Notes under the pieces: generated by a model | Databases searched by the model: none | Told to the model about the DNA's origin: nothing | Seen by the model: only the letters and a program-made list of their open reading frames with translations | In this document: positions 38,419-49,311 of the stretch, piece by piece | How the letters are laid out: every line of letters begins with the position of its first letter | Position numbering within the stretch: position 1 is the first letter of the stretch | Program-made: the position numbers and the translations under genes | Origin: Atribacterota bacterium | GTDB taxonomy: Bacteria; Atribacterota; Phoenicimicrobiia; Phoenicimicrobiales; Stramentimicrobiaceae | Assembly: GCA_040767965.1 (NCBI GenBank) | Contig: JAXGNR010000004.1 | Location: 192,001 to 256,000, forward strand | Direction: 5' to 3' | DNA: 64,000 bases

Positions 38419-39540
38419 TTGAAGAATACACCAGAAAGACCTGGTTCGTTTGTTGATATAAAAGTGATAGGAGTTGGCGGCGGGGGTGGCAATGCGGTAA
38501 ATCGGATGATAGAAGAAAATATTAATGGTGTTCGTTATATTTCTGCCAACACCGATGCGCAGGTGTTGACTTTATCCAATGCTGAGCAAAAAATACAAAT
38601 AGGAAGCAGAATAACAATGGGTTTAGGGAGTGGCTCAAATCCTGAAATTGGTAAAAAAGCCGCCGAAGAAGATAAGGACAAGATCAGCAAAGCGTTAGAA
38701 GGAGCTGATATGGTGTTTATAACTGCAGGTATGGGCGGTGGAACAGGAACCGGAGGAAGTCCTGTTATAGCCCAGATTTCAAAAGAGTTGGGTGCTTTAA
38801 CAGTTGGAGTAGTTACAAAACCATTTACTTTTGAAGGTATTAAAAGAAGAAAACAGGCTGAAGAAGGAATCAATAGGTTAAAAGAATATGTAGATACTTT
38901 AATTGTAATTCCCAATGATCGCCTGCTGCAGGTTATCGCTGAAGATACACCAGTCTTAGAAGCGTTCAAGGTAGCTGATGAGCTTTTACTGCATGGGATT
39001 AAAGGAATATCAGAGATCGTTGTTCAGGCAGGATTGATAAATGTTGATTTTGCTGATGTAAAAATGATCATGGAAGACGCAGGTACTGCTATTATGGGAA
39101 TAGGCAGAGCCAGTGGTGAAAATCGTGCTGTTGAGGCAGCTCATAATGCTGTCAACAGTGCTCTTTTAGGGACCAAGATTACAGATGCCAAAGGAATACT
39201 ATTTAATATCTCTGGCGGAAAAAATATGACTTTATTTGAAGTAAATAAAGCTGCTGAAATTGTCCAGGAGGCAGCAAATGAAGATGCTAATATTATCTTT
39301 GGAGCGGTAATTAATGAGTCTTTGGGAGAGGATATCCGGATAACAGTTATCGCAAAAGGTTTTGATGAAAAAAATCCTGAAGAAAAAGAAAGAGAACAAA
39401 TAAAAGAAAGAATCATGGAAACAAAAAAAGAGGAATATGTGGAAACTAAAAAAGAAAACAATTATGAAATTCCCGTTGCCAACAATGACTATAATTACAA
39501 TGATTTAGAAATCCCAACTTTTTTACGGAAAAATAGATAA
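38419..39540 (+). CDS. ftsZ: Cell division protein FtsZ
   Basis: [28 protein letters not shown]-terminal [10 protein letters not shown]; TTG 38419 after GGAGG. Confidence 0.98.
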   Translation: MKNTPERPGSFVDIKVIGVGGGGGNAVNRMIEENINGVRYISANTDAQVLTLSNAEQKIQIGSRITMGLGSGSNPEIGKKAAEEDKDKISKALEGADMVFITAGMGGGTGTGGSPVIAQISKELGALTVGVVTKPFTFEGIKRRKQAEEGINRLKEYVDTLIVIPNDRLLQVIAEDTPVLEAFKVADELLLHGIKGISEIVVQAGLINVDFADVKMIMEDAGTAIMGIGRASGENRAVEAAHNAVNSALLGTKITDAKGILFNISGGKNMTLFEVNKAAEIVQEAANEDANIIFGAVINESLGEDIRITVIAKGFDEKNPEEKEREQIKERIMETKKEEYVETKKENNYEIPVANNDYNYNDLEIPTFLRKNR

Positions 39541-39574
39541 GATATTTAATCTTTAAATAAAATATATTTTAAAA

Positions 39575-39624
39575 TAAAAAATATAGGCTGTTCATTTAAG
39601 TTAATGATATGCCTATATTTTTTA
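39575..39624. terminator. Bidirectional terminator between ftsZ and the convergent island gene
   Basis: aaaaaatataggc ... gcctatattttttt. Confidence 0.65.
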
Positions 39625-39679
39625 TTTAAAGATTAAGAAAATTAATATTTAGAAAATATTAGTAAAAACCAATATTATA

Positions 39680-40798
39680 TTATATTTTTTTTGCAATTTC
39701 CTTAGCAACATCCAATGTGCTTGCATTACCACCTAAATCATATGTCTTTATTTTTGCTTCTTGAACAACCTCAACAATAGCGTTATGTAATTTTTTTGAT
39801 AGTTGGTTTTCATTTAAATATTCTAACATTAAAACTACTGCTGACAACATTGCTATAGGGTTTGCTTTATATAAACCAGCATATTTAGGAGCAGAGCCAT
39901 GGATTGGTTCAAAAACAGCATAATTATCACCGATATTTGCGCTAACACCAAATCCTAATCCACCTACAAGCTGTGCTGATAAATCTGAAAGAATATCTCC
40001 AAACAAATTAGTGGTAACTAATACACTATAATTTTGAGGATTTTTTATTAACCACATAAGCATAGCGTCAATATTTGTATCCTGTAATTCTATTTCAGGA
40101 TACTCTTGAGCAATTTTACGAGCCTCCCTTAACATAATTCCACTAGTTTCTCTCAATACATTTGCCTTTTCAACTATAGTAACGGTTTTCTTTTTATTTT
40201 TTTTAGCATATTCAAATCCCTGCCTAATAATTGAATCTGAGGCTTTTTTTGTAATCAGCCTACATGATAAAGCAATATCATTAGAGGGGACATCTTTAAA
40301 TCTTTCCATTTTTGGATTATATTTAATTAAAACTTCTCTTAATTCTCCAGGTAGCGGGTAATATTCTATACCACTATATAATCCCTCAGTATTTTCTCGA
40401 AAGATTACCAAGTCAATATCATCTCTATAATTAAGAGGGTTGCCTTTTATGGATTTGCATGGCCTAAAATTGGTATGAAGGTTTAGTTTTTGTCTTAATG
40501 ATATAATAGGACTATAATATATATATCCTTTGCCTTTTAATTCCGGATTTAATTCAAGATCTGCCTCTTCTTTTGGTTTGGAGGTTATAGCCCCAAATAA
40601 ACAACAGTCAGTTTCTTGTAAGATTTTTATAGTTCTATCAGGAAGGGGATTTCCTTCTTTTTTCCAAAATTCCCAACCCACATCTCCATTCACATATTCG
40701 GCATCGAGTTTTATTTTGTCAAGAACTATTCTAGCTGCTTCCATTACGTCAATTCCTATTCCATCACCAGGCAACCAGGCAATTTTATATTTTGTCAT
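39680..40798 (-). CDS. Isocitrate/isopropylmalate/homoisocitrate/tartrate family beta-decarboxylating dehydrogenase
   Basis: LPGDGIG, RENTEGLY, KANV, FGDILSD, EPIHGSAP; FGAITS..YSPIISLR resembles homoisocitrate DH. Confidence 0.9.
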   Translation of the reverse strand: MTKYKIAWLPGDGIGIDVMEAARIVLDKIKLDAEYVNGDVGWEFWKKEGNPLPDRTIKILQETDCCLFGAITSKPKEEADLELNPELKGKGYIYYSPIISLRQKLNLHTNFRPCKSIKGNPLNYRDDIDLVIFRENTEGLYSGIEYYPLPGELREVLIKYNPKMERFKDVPSNDIALSCRLITKKASDSIIRQGFEYAKKNKKKTVTIVEKANVLRETSGIMLREARKIAQEYPEIELQDTNIDAMLMWLIKNPQNYSVLVTTNLFGDILSDLSAQLVGGLGFGVSANIGDNYAVFEPIHGSAPKYAGLYKANPIAMLSAVVLMLEYLNENQLSKKLHNAIVEVVQEAKIKTYDLGGNASTLDVAKEIAKKI

Positions 40799-40838
40799 TA
40801 TTTATACTCCTTATAAATTTTACATAGATAATTTTCTT

Positions 40839-41336
40839 TTAATGTTGATTGTTAACAAAAAGGTCAATATCTTTAGTGTTTTCAGCATAATCAGCATAGA
40901 ATATATTTTCTTCAATAATAGCCAAAGCTACCACCAACTTAATGCCAGTAAGGGTATCTTTTGTTAAATGCCCTCCGAAACTATGAATCTGTTCTCCATC
41001 AACAGTTGAAGCTGAAAAGTGAGCATGTACTGCTGGTACATTGTCTTTTTTTCTGGTAATCCATCCAGCTAGAGAAAGTAATTCTAATGGTTTGTTGATT
41101 TCGTAATAAATTCGATCAGTTGTTTTTACAGGATATTCTTCAGGAAACCATTTTAGATTCCTGCATACTGCTTTACTTAAGGCACCAATGCCGGATATTA
41201 TAATAGCTGAATTGATTTTTTGCTCTATAGCAATTTGGGTTATTGCATCCAAAAGACTCACATTTTCTTTTATTCGAAATTGAATTATTTCTTTTATTTT
41301 GCTTCTACCAATACAATCAAAAGTTTCACTATCCAT
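40839..41336 (-). CDS. PPC/DUF296 domain protein
   Basis: GIGAL, ELLSLAG.I, HAH, GGHL. Confidence 0.85.
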   Translation of the reverse strand: MDSETFDCIGRSKIKEIIQFRIKENVSLLDAITQIAIEQKINSAIIISGIGALSKAVCRNLKWFPEEYPVKTTDRIYYEINKPLELLSLAGWITRKKDNVPAVHAHFSASTVDGEQIHSFGGHLTKDTLTGIKLVVALAIIEENIFYADYAENTKDIDLFVNNQH

Positions 41337-41476
41337 ATTCTCACCTTATTTACCTTTCTAATTTTAAAAAAATTTTATTTAACTAATAATTTAACTAATA
41401 TTAATTTAAAGATGATTGAAAGTAAGATAATAAAAATTATAATTCCATAAATTACAATCAAAATTTAATATATTTT

Positions 41477-42739
41477 TTATGATAAAATTGGCAAAATATC
41501 ATTCGCAAAAGGAACTATATAATAATCTTTATTATTTGGATTATCATTTACAGCTATTTTATAAGCTTTTTCAATAGAATTACAATGTTCAACAAATATT
41601 TCTTTTAATTTATCTTTTTTAAGTTTATCTGAAACAATTATAATTTTATGTTTGATTAATCCTCTTGCAAACATGAAAGCTTTTCCAGAAGCTTCACCTG
41701 TATAACCTTCTTTTTTGAATCTTTCTATAACATCTTTTGGATTTACAGCTTCAATCAACCATTTTGAAAACTTGCTCATTCCATCTCTGCATTCCGAAAC
41801 AAGAATTATTGTTCCACCAGGTTTAGTTATAAGTTCTCCGCAAGACAAAGCCTTTTGAGATTGATGTAAATCAATATCTCTGGGATATCCACCAGGGCTA
41901 ACAATACTGATATCAGCAAGCTGTTTTACTGGTGTTTTCCATAGCTCTTTTGAAATTTTAACACCTTCAAGGTGTGCTTGATTCAAACTCCCTGCAACAG
42001 CTGATACGATTTCATGTTTATTATTTAATATAACATTCAATATAAAATCTACCCCAACTTTTTCAGCAGCTTTTAATGATTCAGTATGAAATGAATTATT
42101 CTCAATTTTCCCCAACATTATATCATATGGCCTAATTGGAAATGAGTGGTGAACTTCTAATGATTTTATTCCTGCTATGCCTGGCATTATACTTTTCCGA
42201 CCTCCACTAAATCCGGCAATATGATGCGGAGTAATCACCCCAGTTATAATTTTTAAATCTGAATTCGCCACTACATTATTTATCCATATTGGCAAATTAG
42301 AATCTGTTTTCCCCAAATATTTTAGATTATTTTCATCAAAACAATTATGATTGATAACCTTATATCTTTTTAATATGTCTTTTCCAACCATACTTTCTAA
42401 CTCTTTAAATGTATTAGCACGATGATTACCAGTAGCAACTATAATGTTTATATTTTTATTATCAATATCAGCTGCTTCAATTTTTGGTAATAGGGTTTCT
42501 AGCATTTTTTTTGATGGAGAAGGTCGGGTAATATCACTTATAATAATACTAACGGTTTTTTTATTTTTTGCTATTTCTTCTAATTGTATTGTTCCTATTG
42601 GATTATCAACAGCATTTTTCAAAATGTTATAACTTTTGTCTGGAGTAATATTTTTTTTATTCTCAATAATCCCTAAAAAATTATTATTCGGAAGAATAAA
42701 GTCCTTAAATCCATTTCCATATGGAATTGTAAATTTCAT
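41477..42739 (-). CDS. LarA-family nickel-pincer alpha-hydroxy-acid racemase/epimerase
   Basis: DITRP, ATGNHR, HNC, AGFSGGRKS..PG, GGYPRD..L.Q..K. Confidence 0.9.
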   Translation of the reverse strand: MKFTIPYGNGFKDFILPNNNFLGIIENKKNITPDKSYNILKNAVDNPIGTIQLEEIAKNKKTVSIIISDITRPSPSKKMLETLLPKIEAADIDNKNINIIVATGNHRANTFKELESMVGKDILKRYKVINHNCFDENNLKYLGKTDSNLPIWINNVVANSDLKIITGVITPHHIAGFSGGRKSIMPGIAGIKSLEVHHSFPIRPYDIMLGKIENNSFHTESLKAAEKVGVDFILNVILNNKHEIVSAVAGSLNQAHLEGVKISKELWKTPVKQLADISIVSPGGYPRDIDLHQSQKALSCGELITKPGGTIILVSECRDGMSKFSKWLIEAVNPKDVIERFKKEGYTGEASGKAFMFARGLIKHKIIIVSDKLKKDKLKEIFVEHCNSIEKAYKIAVNDNPNNKDYYIVPFANDILPILS

Positions 42740-42913
42740 TTTTCCCTCATTTCTTTTATTGTGTTTAATAATAATTCAATAAGTGAATATAATAAACAGC
42801 CTTTTGTTCAATGAGATCCAAAAATTTAACTGAATTTTTGGATAAGATAGAATTTATTTTAAATAATTTATAAAGATTTGAAAATTTTAAACAAAGATGT
42901 TATATTATAAACA

Positions 42914-42949
42914 ATTATATATAATATTATATATAATATCATATATAAT
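42914..42949. promoter_or_regulatory. Three tandem palindromic 12-mers, candidate GntR operator
   Basis: ATTATATATAAT ATTATATATAAT ATCATATATAAT in the divergent larA-like/gntR intergenic region. Confidence 0.45.
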
Positions 42950-42980
42950 AATTTTTTCATAATTGAGAAAAATTTTAAAT

Positions 42981-43619
42981 ATGGGAAAAACCGAAGAAGT
43001 TTATCAGACACTTTTAATTAATATCTTAAAAGGAGAATTGCGTTTAGGTCAGAGATTAATAGAAAACGATCTAATAAATAAATACCATGTTAGCAAAACT
43101 CCACTTAGAGAAGCCTTGTTCAGACTTGAAAAAAACAATTTGGTTACCAGGACCCCTAATCGGGGCTTCGAAGTTATAAGTTTGAAAAAAAATGATATTG
43201 AAGAAATATTCGATCTAAGGGAAGTTTTGGAGGGTTTATCAGTACAAAAAATTTGTAATAATCTTACAGAAGAAAATAAACTAAAACTGTCCCAATTAAT
43301 TGAAATAGATAAAATGAGATTTTATGCCTCAACTAATAACATAAAAGAATACAGGAAATTAGACACACACTTCCATTTATCCTTATGCGAAATGAGCCAA
43401 AATCAACGGTTATTGGACATAATAAAAAATATACATTATCAAATAAGAATATTGCTACATTCTACTATATATTTTTACGATAAAAAAAGAATAGAGATAT
43501 CCTATACGGAACATAAAAAAATATATGATACTATCTTATTAAAAAAAACTGATACTGCTGTAAAACTAATCAAGGAACATATTGTAAATATAAAAAAAGC
43601 AATATTAATGCAATTATAA
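42981..43619 (+). CDS. GntR/FadR-family regulator (FCD domain)
   Basis: G..L.E..L...VSKTPLREAL..LE, D..FH, N.RL, EH..I; alternative start TTG 42963. Confidence 0.92.
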   Translation: MGKTEEVYQTLLINILKGELRLGQRLIENDLINKYHVSKTPLREALFRLEKNNLVTRTPNRGFEVISLKKNDIEEIFDLREVLEGLSVQKICNNLTEENKLKLSQLIEIDKMRFYASTNNIKEYRKLDTHFHLSLCEMSQNQRLLDIIKNIHYQIRILLHSTIYFYDKKRIEISYTEHKKIYDTILLKKTDTAVKLIKEHIVNIKKAILMQL

Positions 43620-43964
43620 TAATATAAATTGCTATAAAATGTTTAGAATTGCTAGTGATGATTATTAGTATTAATCTCAGTAGTGCAAGCAAAATAGATA
43701 GTTTTTTAAAATTAAAATTAAACCTGAAAAATTATTTTTTATTTAATAATTCAATATTATTTTTTGAACATTAATCCCAGTATAAATTCAAATTACAGAA
43801 TCGAGGGAATTTTAAAATAATTTTTGTATTAGATCTTTATTCAATTAAAGCTAATAGGGTATATTAAAACTATTAAATTATAAATAAACAGATAAATTAT
43901 CAACACTGAAAAGATTTCTGTGTATTTTATCGGTATCAGTAAAAAGATGAGAGAGGTGTAAAAA

Positions 43965-45035
43965 ATGACCGAAAAAGTAGTTGCTAGAGAATATTCAGAT
44001 ATTATTTTTGTACAAGAAAAAAGAAAGAATATTCGCCTGAACAGAGAAAAAATATTTAAAGAAATACCAAAAGAAAAACTAATTAAGATTTATCGAAACA
44101 TGGTAAGGACAAGAAAATTAGATGAAAAATTAGATAATATGCTAAGCAGAAGTATTTCATTAAGCCAACATTCAACTTGTGGACAGGAAGCGACACCAGT
44201 TGCTTCTATTGCAGCCCTGGAAAAAGAAGATTATATTTTCCCTTATCATAGAGGCTGGGCTTGGGCTATTGGGAAAGGTATGGATCCCAAACTCATAATA
44301 GCTGAATTGCTTGGTAAAAAAACTGGTTATTGTAAGGGAAAAGGCGGACCTCATTTAGCTAGTTTCGAATTAGGGGTAATGGGAAGGTCAGGAGTACAGG
44401 CTGCTCATATTCCTATTGCTGCAGGAGCTGGATTTGCCATAAGATATAAAAATGAAAAAAAAGCGTGTATTGCTTTTTTTGGAGAAGGTGCAAGCGACAA
44501 TGGTAATTTTCATGAGGGTCTAAATCTAGCAAGTATATGGAAAGCGCCTTTAATTTATATTTGTGAAAATAATCAGTATATGCAATTTGATAGATCAGAT
44601 AATACTAATTCAGTAGCTGATATTGCTTTAAGATCAATTGGTTACAGTATTCCTGGTTATATAGTCGATGGAAATGATGCATTGGCTGTTTATCATATTG
44701 CTTCAAAGGTTATTAGTGATGCCAAAAATGGCAAGGGCCCTAGTTTTATAGAGGCAAAAACATATAGATTACATGGTCACACCGGTATAGATAAAGGGTA
44801 TTATGGAGGATATAGAACAAAAGAAGAGGTAGATCAATGGCGGGAAAAATGCCCCATAGAAAGATTAAAAAGTGATTTATTAATAAATAATTATATCACA
44901 GAAATTGATATGATTCAAATAGAGAAGGATGCAATTAATGAAATGGATGAAGCAGAAGAATTTGCTGTAAATAGTGAATATCCCGATAAAGATGATTACC
45001 TAGATGATATTTTTTTTAACGAAAATATGAGATGA
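43965..45035 (+). CDS. ThDP-dependent dehydrogenase E1 alpha subunit (AcoA/PdhA-like)
   Basis: GQEA, YHR, GKGG.H, FFGEGA...ENN ThDP motif, TYRLHGH. Confidence 0.92.
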   Translation: MTEKVVAREYSDIIFVQEKRKNIRLNREKIFKEIPKEKLIKIYRNMVRTRKLDEKLDNMLSRSISLSQHSTCGQEATPVASIAALEKEDYIFPYHRGWAWAIGKGMDPKLIIAELLGKKTGYCKGKGGPHLASFELGVMGRSGVQAAHIPIAAGAGFAIRYKNEKKACIAFFGEGASDNGNFHEGLNLASIWKAPLIYICENNQYMQFDRSDNTNSVADIALRSIGYSIPGYIVDGNDALAVYHIASKVISDAKNGKGPSFIEAKTYRLHGHTGIDKGYYGGYRTKEEVDQWREKCPIERLKSDLLINNYITEIDMIQIEKDAINEMDEAEEFAVNSEYPDKDDYLDDIFFNENMR

Positions 45036-45046
45036 GGTAGAAAAAA

Positions 45047-46018
45047 ATGAAAGAAATTACCTTTGCAAATGCAATAAAAGAAGCCTTACAGGAAGAGATG
45101 AGAAAAGATGAAAATATATATATAATGGGTGAGAGCATTAGGCACAGTGTCTGGGGTGTTACCAGAGGAATGGATGCCGAATTTTCTAAAAAAAGATTAG
45201 TTAATGCTCCAATATCTGAAAGTGGATTTGCCGCAGCCGCATTGGGGTCAGCTCTTTTAGGCTTAAAACCTGTTGTTGAATTGATTTTTGGAGATTTTTT
45301 GCTTTTAGCTGCTGATTCAATTGTAAATGAAGTTGCAAAATATAGATATATGTGTGGTGGAGGGGAATTTAAAGTCCCAGTTGTAATTAGGGTTGCAGGT
45401 TGCGGTGTTGGGTCAGGTGGTGGTCCTCATCATGCCCAATATTTAGAAGGAGCATTCCTGAATTATCCTGGCTTAAAAGTAGTTACACCCTCAAATCCAT
45501 ATGATGCAAAAGGACTATTAAAAACTGCCTTAAATGATAATAATCCCATATTATTTTTTGAACATAAATTACTTTATGGCATGAGAGGAGAAGTCCCAGA
45601 GGAAGAATATTACATTCCATTTGGCCAAGCAGAAATAAAAAAAGAAGGAAAAGACATTACTGTTGTTGGGATTAGCAATAGCTGTAATAAAGTGCTTATT
45701 GCTGCAAATGAGTTATCAAAAGAAGGAATAGACATTGAAGTTATTGATCCTAGAACATTGATTCCGTTCGATAAGGAAACACTATTTAAATCACTAAACA
45801 AAACCAATAAACTTATTATAGTTGAAGATGGACCAAAAAGAGGAGGGGTTGGAAGTGAAATATCAGCCATGATAGCTGAAGAAGCTTTAACATTATTAGA
45901 TGCGCCAATAGTCCGCGTAGCTGGCAAGGATGCTCCCTTGCCATCGGGGAGATATGGTGAAAAATTCATGGTTCCTTCTGTTGAAGAAATTATTAATAAC
46001 TGTAGAAAATTGGTATAA
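45047..46018 (+). CDS. ThDP-dependent dehydrogenase E1 beta subunit
   Basis: PISESG, LKPVVE, PSNPYDAKGLL, EHK, EVIDPRTL.PFD, LDAPIVRV. Confidence 0.93.
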   Translation: MKEITFANAIKEALQEEMRKDENIYIMGESIRHSVWGVTRGMDAEFSKKRLVNAPISESGFAAAALGSALLGLKPVVELIFGDFLLLAADSIVNEVAKYRYMCGGGEFKVPVVIRVAGCGVGSGGGPHHAQYLEGAFLNYPGLKVVTPSNPYDAKGLLKTALNDNNPILFFEHKLLYGMRGEVPEEEYYIPFGQAEIKKEGKDITVVGISNSCNKVLIAANELSKEGIDIEVIDPRTLIPFDKETLFKSLNKTNKLIIVEDGPKRGGVGSEISAMIAEEALTLLDAPIVRVAGKDAPLPSGRYGEKFMVPSVEEIINNCRKLV

Positions 46019-46195
46019 GTATTATATTAAAATAAAAAATTTACAGAAGCAAAACTAATATCTATCTAAGCATGGTAGAGAGAATATATACCCGAATGTA
46101 AGATTAAGGAAATGATAAAGAAATTAAAAATAATTTTGAAAAAGTAAATATAGAATAATGCTGAAGGAACTAATAGTTAATAAGGAGTAGTATAA

Positions 46196-46999
46196 ATGAG
46201 ATTAGAAGGCAAAGTTGCCATTATAATAGGTGCTGGCTCTGTGGGTTCAGGTATGGGAAATGGGAAAGCAAGTGCAATTTTATATGCCAGAGAAGGAGCT
46301 AAGGTACTTTTGGTTGACTATAACTTGAATGCTGCTGAAGAGACCAGAAATATTATTCTTCAAGAAGGTGGAAAAGAGTGTATTTCTTTCCAGGCAGATG
46401 TCCGATATGCTGAACAATGCAAGGGCATAATGGATAAATGTATTAGTAGCTTTGGGGAAATAAATATTTTACATAACAATGTTGGTATTAATATTAGAGA
46501 TGATATTGAAAAATGCAGGGAAGAAGACTGGTTGAATATTCTTAATACAAATCTTACCAGTATGTTTTACACTTGTAAATATGCAATTCCTTTTATGTTA
46601 GAAAATAATTCTGGTTCAATTGTTAATATCTCTTCTTTGAGAGCAATTAGGGGAGATGGTGTTCCTGCTACTGCTTATTCTGCATCAAAAGCAGGTATTC
46701 TTGCTCTAACCAGAGAGATTGCTATTCAATATGCCAAAAAAGGTATTAGAGCAAATACTGTAATACCTGGGAAAATAGACACACCCAGAATTTACACCAA
46801 TAAAGAAAAGGCTTATGGTGATACAATTGATGAGAAGAAAAAAAATCGGACTAAGGTAATTCCAATGGGAAAAGAAGGTGATGCCTGGGATGTTGCCTAT
46901 GCATCACTATTCCTAGCGTCTGATGAAGCAAAATATATAACGGGTACTACATTAATAGTTGATGGTGGTTTGTCTTGTGTTTATGGTAGTTTTGATTAA
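46196..46999 (+). CDS. SDR family NAD(P)-dependent oxidoreductase
   Basis: GAG...G.G, HNNVG, NISS, YSASK, PG.IDT, ITG..L.VDGG. Confidence 0.93.
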   Translation: MRLEGKVAIIIGAGSVGSGMGNGKASAILYAREGAKVLLVDYNLNAAEETRNIILQEGGKECISFQADVRYAEQCKGIMDKCISSFGEINILHNNVGINIRDDIEKCREEDWLNILNTNLTSMFYTCKYAIPFMLENNSGSIVNISSLRAIRGDGVPATAYSASKAGILALTREIAIQYAKKGIRANTVIPGKIDTPRIYTNKEKAYGDTIDEKKKNRTKVIPMGKEGDAWDVAYASLFLASDEAKYITGTTLIVDGGLSCVYGSFD

Positions 47000-47019
47000 T
47001 TTTTTAAAAGAGGCAAAAA

Positions 47020-48065
47020 ATGAAAACAAAAGCGATCATTTCATATGAAAAAGAGACTAAAATTGACAATTTAGATATTTCTGAATTATCTGATGAATTT
47101 TCATTACTTAAAGTGGCATGTGCCCCATTTTCTTATCAAGATTGGCTATGTTTACAAAATAATACAATTAAATATCCTTATATTCCTGGTAAAGAGGCAG
47201 TAGGCTATTTAGAAAAGATAAACAAGAAATCAAGATGTCTTTCTTATGGCCTGGAAAATGCACAAGAAGGAGATCTTGTTTACATTGAACCTTCAGTTGT
47301 TTGTTTGGATGTAACTTGCAAGACCTGCTTAAAAGGTTCATATTCTTTATGCGCTGGTGGTAGAAGATATGGGGAAAACGATATTAAAAAATATCCTTAT
47401 CTATTAGGTGCGTTTAGTGAATATATGGTAATATTACCTGGTTCAAAAATATATAAATTATCAGATGATTTACAAATTAATCATTTTAATCTAATTGGTT
47501 TAATATCAAAGGCAATTAGGGCAATTTCAAAAAAAGGGAAAGCATCGATTGGGGATAATTTACTTGTTTTGGGATTTGATCTTTTTAGCATATGTTGTGC
47601 TTTAGTTGCTAAACATATTGGTTTAAATAAGGTAATTATCTTTGATAAAGATTTTGATGATAATACAAAAAATATTTAAGTAATATGCGTATTGATTTTC
47701 TAGATAAACTACCTGAAGATGAATACAACATAATAATAGATAATAAAGGAGAAGAAGAATTGTTCAATGATGCTTTGGGTTTAACTGCCCCGGAAGCAAA
47801 TGTTTTTATTCCATTTGAGTTCTTGAGCGAGGCGCTTAATATTTCTAAAAGAACAATAATCCGCAAAGAAATTTCAATAACAGGGTTATCCGAATCTTCT
47901 TGGGATTCAGGACAGGCAATTAAGTTTATTATTAAAAATCAAGATTTATTAGCCCAGATACCTTTTAAAGAATATAATCTTGAAGATTTACTAAAAAGAA
48001 TAAATAGTAATTTTCAACAGATTGATTTTAAATTATGTAACAATTTAATTAAACCATGGGTTTGA
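47020..48065 (+). CDS. Degenerate zinc-type MDR alcohol dehydrogenase homologue (one frameshift in an A-run near 47670)
   Basis: GroES-like N-domain with structural Cys cluster, but PGKE for GHE and no GxGxxG; adding one A joins ORFs 47020 and 47685. Confidence 0.7.
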
Positions 48066-48077
48066 GGTGAAGGTAAA

Positions 48078-49154
48078 ATGGTAAAAAAATGCATAGCAGC
48101 AGTATTAGAGTCACCAAAAAATTTTCAGATTAAAGAGTTTCCAATTCCAAAAGTAAAAAGTGATGATATGTTGTTGAAAGTTGAGCTGGTTACAATATGT
48201 GGAAGTGATAAGCATCATTTTATAGGAGATCATGCTGCATCTTCATATCCTAAAATATTAGGGCATGAATTTGTTGGTTTTATAGAAGAAATAGGGGAAA
48301 AAGCTGCCAAAAAATATAATTTTAAAAAAGGAGACAGGGTAACCGTTGAGGCATCTAGATTGTGTTTTTATTGTGAATATTGTCTTTCGGGCACCTATCA
48401 GATGCATAAACCAAGAAATGGTTATGGTGTTGGTTTAACATGTGATAAACCACCTTATTTGTTAGGGGCGTATAGCCAATTTATCTACCTTTTTGATGGC
48501 AGCAAGTTGCATAAAATTAATGATGATGTACCAGCAGAGGCCGCTGCTTTATCATCAGTTATTGGTAATGGCATAAGATGGGTTAGAGAGAAAGCAAAAT
48601 TAAAGTGCTGTGAAAGTATAGTAATTGTGGGTGCAGGAGCCCAGGGGCTGGCTACTACTATCGCTGCCAAAGAAGCCGGCGCCTATCCCATAATAGTAAT
48701 GGGTATTAGTAATGATTACAAAAAATTTGAATTGGCAAAGGAATTTGGTGCAGATTATATAATTAATATAGAAAAAGAAGATCCTGTTGAAAAGGTAAAA
48801 GAGCTTACTGAAGACAAGTTAGCTGATGTAGTAGTTGAGTGTTCAGGAAACATGAATGCTATTAATATGGCAACTAAATTAATCAGACCAAGAAAAAGAA
48901 TGGTATTAGTTGGCTTAACAGGAGGAAAAGAGGTAAAAATAAATACAGATTTATTTATAAACCGTGAAGTGCAGATAATTGGGGGTCATGGACAGAATTG
49001 GGACGTAGAAGATGCCGTGAGATTAATTAATTCAAGAAAATATCCCATAGAGAAAATAGTATCACATAAATTTCCATTAACAAAAGTAGAAGATGCTATG
49101 GATTTCTTTTTTAAAGCTCCACCAGAATGCATAAGGATAGGGCTTGTTCCTTAA
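48078..49154 (+). CDS. Zinc-dependent MDR (sorbitol/threonine DH-like) dehydrogenase
   Basis: ICGSD.H, LGHE, CFYCEYC, GAGAQG, VVECSG. Confidence 0.92.
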   Translation: MVKKCIAAVLESPKNFQIKEFPIPKVKSDDMLLKVELVTICGSDKHHFIGDHAASSYPKILGHEFVGFIEEIGEKAAKKYNFKKGDRVTVEASRLCFYCEYCLSGTYQMHKPRNGYGVGLTCDKPPYLLGAYSQFIYLFDGSKLHKINDDVPAEAAALSSVIGNGIRWVREKAKLKCCESIVIVGAGAQGLATTIAAKEAGAYPIIVMGISNDYKKFELAKEFGADYIINIEKEDPVEKVKELTEDKLADVVVECSGNMNAINMATKLIRPRKRMVLVGLTGGKEVKINTDLFINREVQIIGGHGQNWDVEDAVRLINSRKYPIEKIVSHKFPLTKVEDAMDFFFKAPPECIRIGLVP

Positions 49155-49311
49155 AGATAAAATAATATTATTGTATTGCCTTTATTCGGTTACGATAGGA
49201 TTAAATAAAGAATTTATTAGAATAAAGGCAGAGGTAAGGAGGTGAAGTATAGTCAAAAAAAAGAAAATAATCCGTCAGAAAGAATTATAAATCAAAAAGG
49301 AGGATTTTGTA

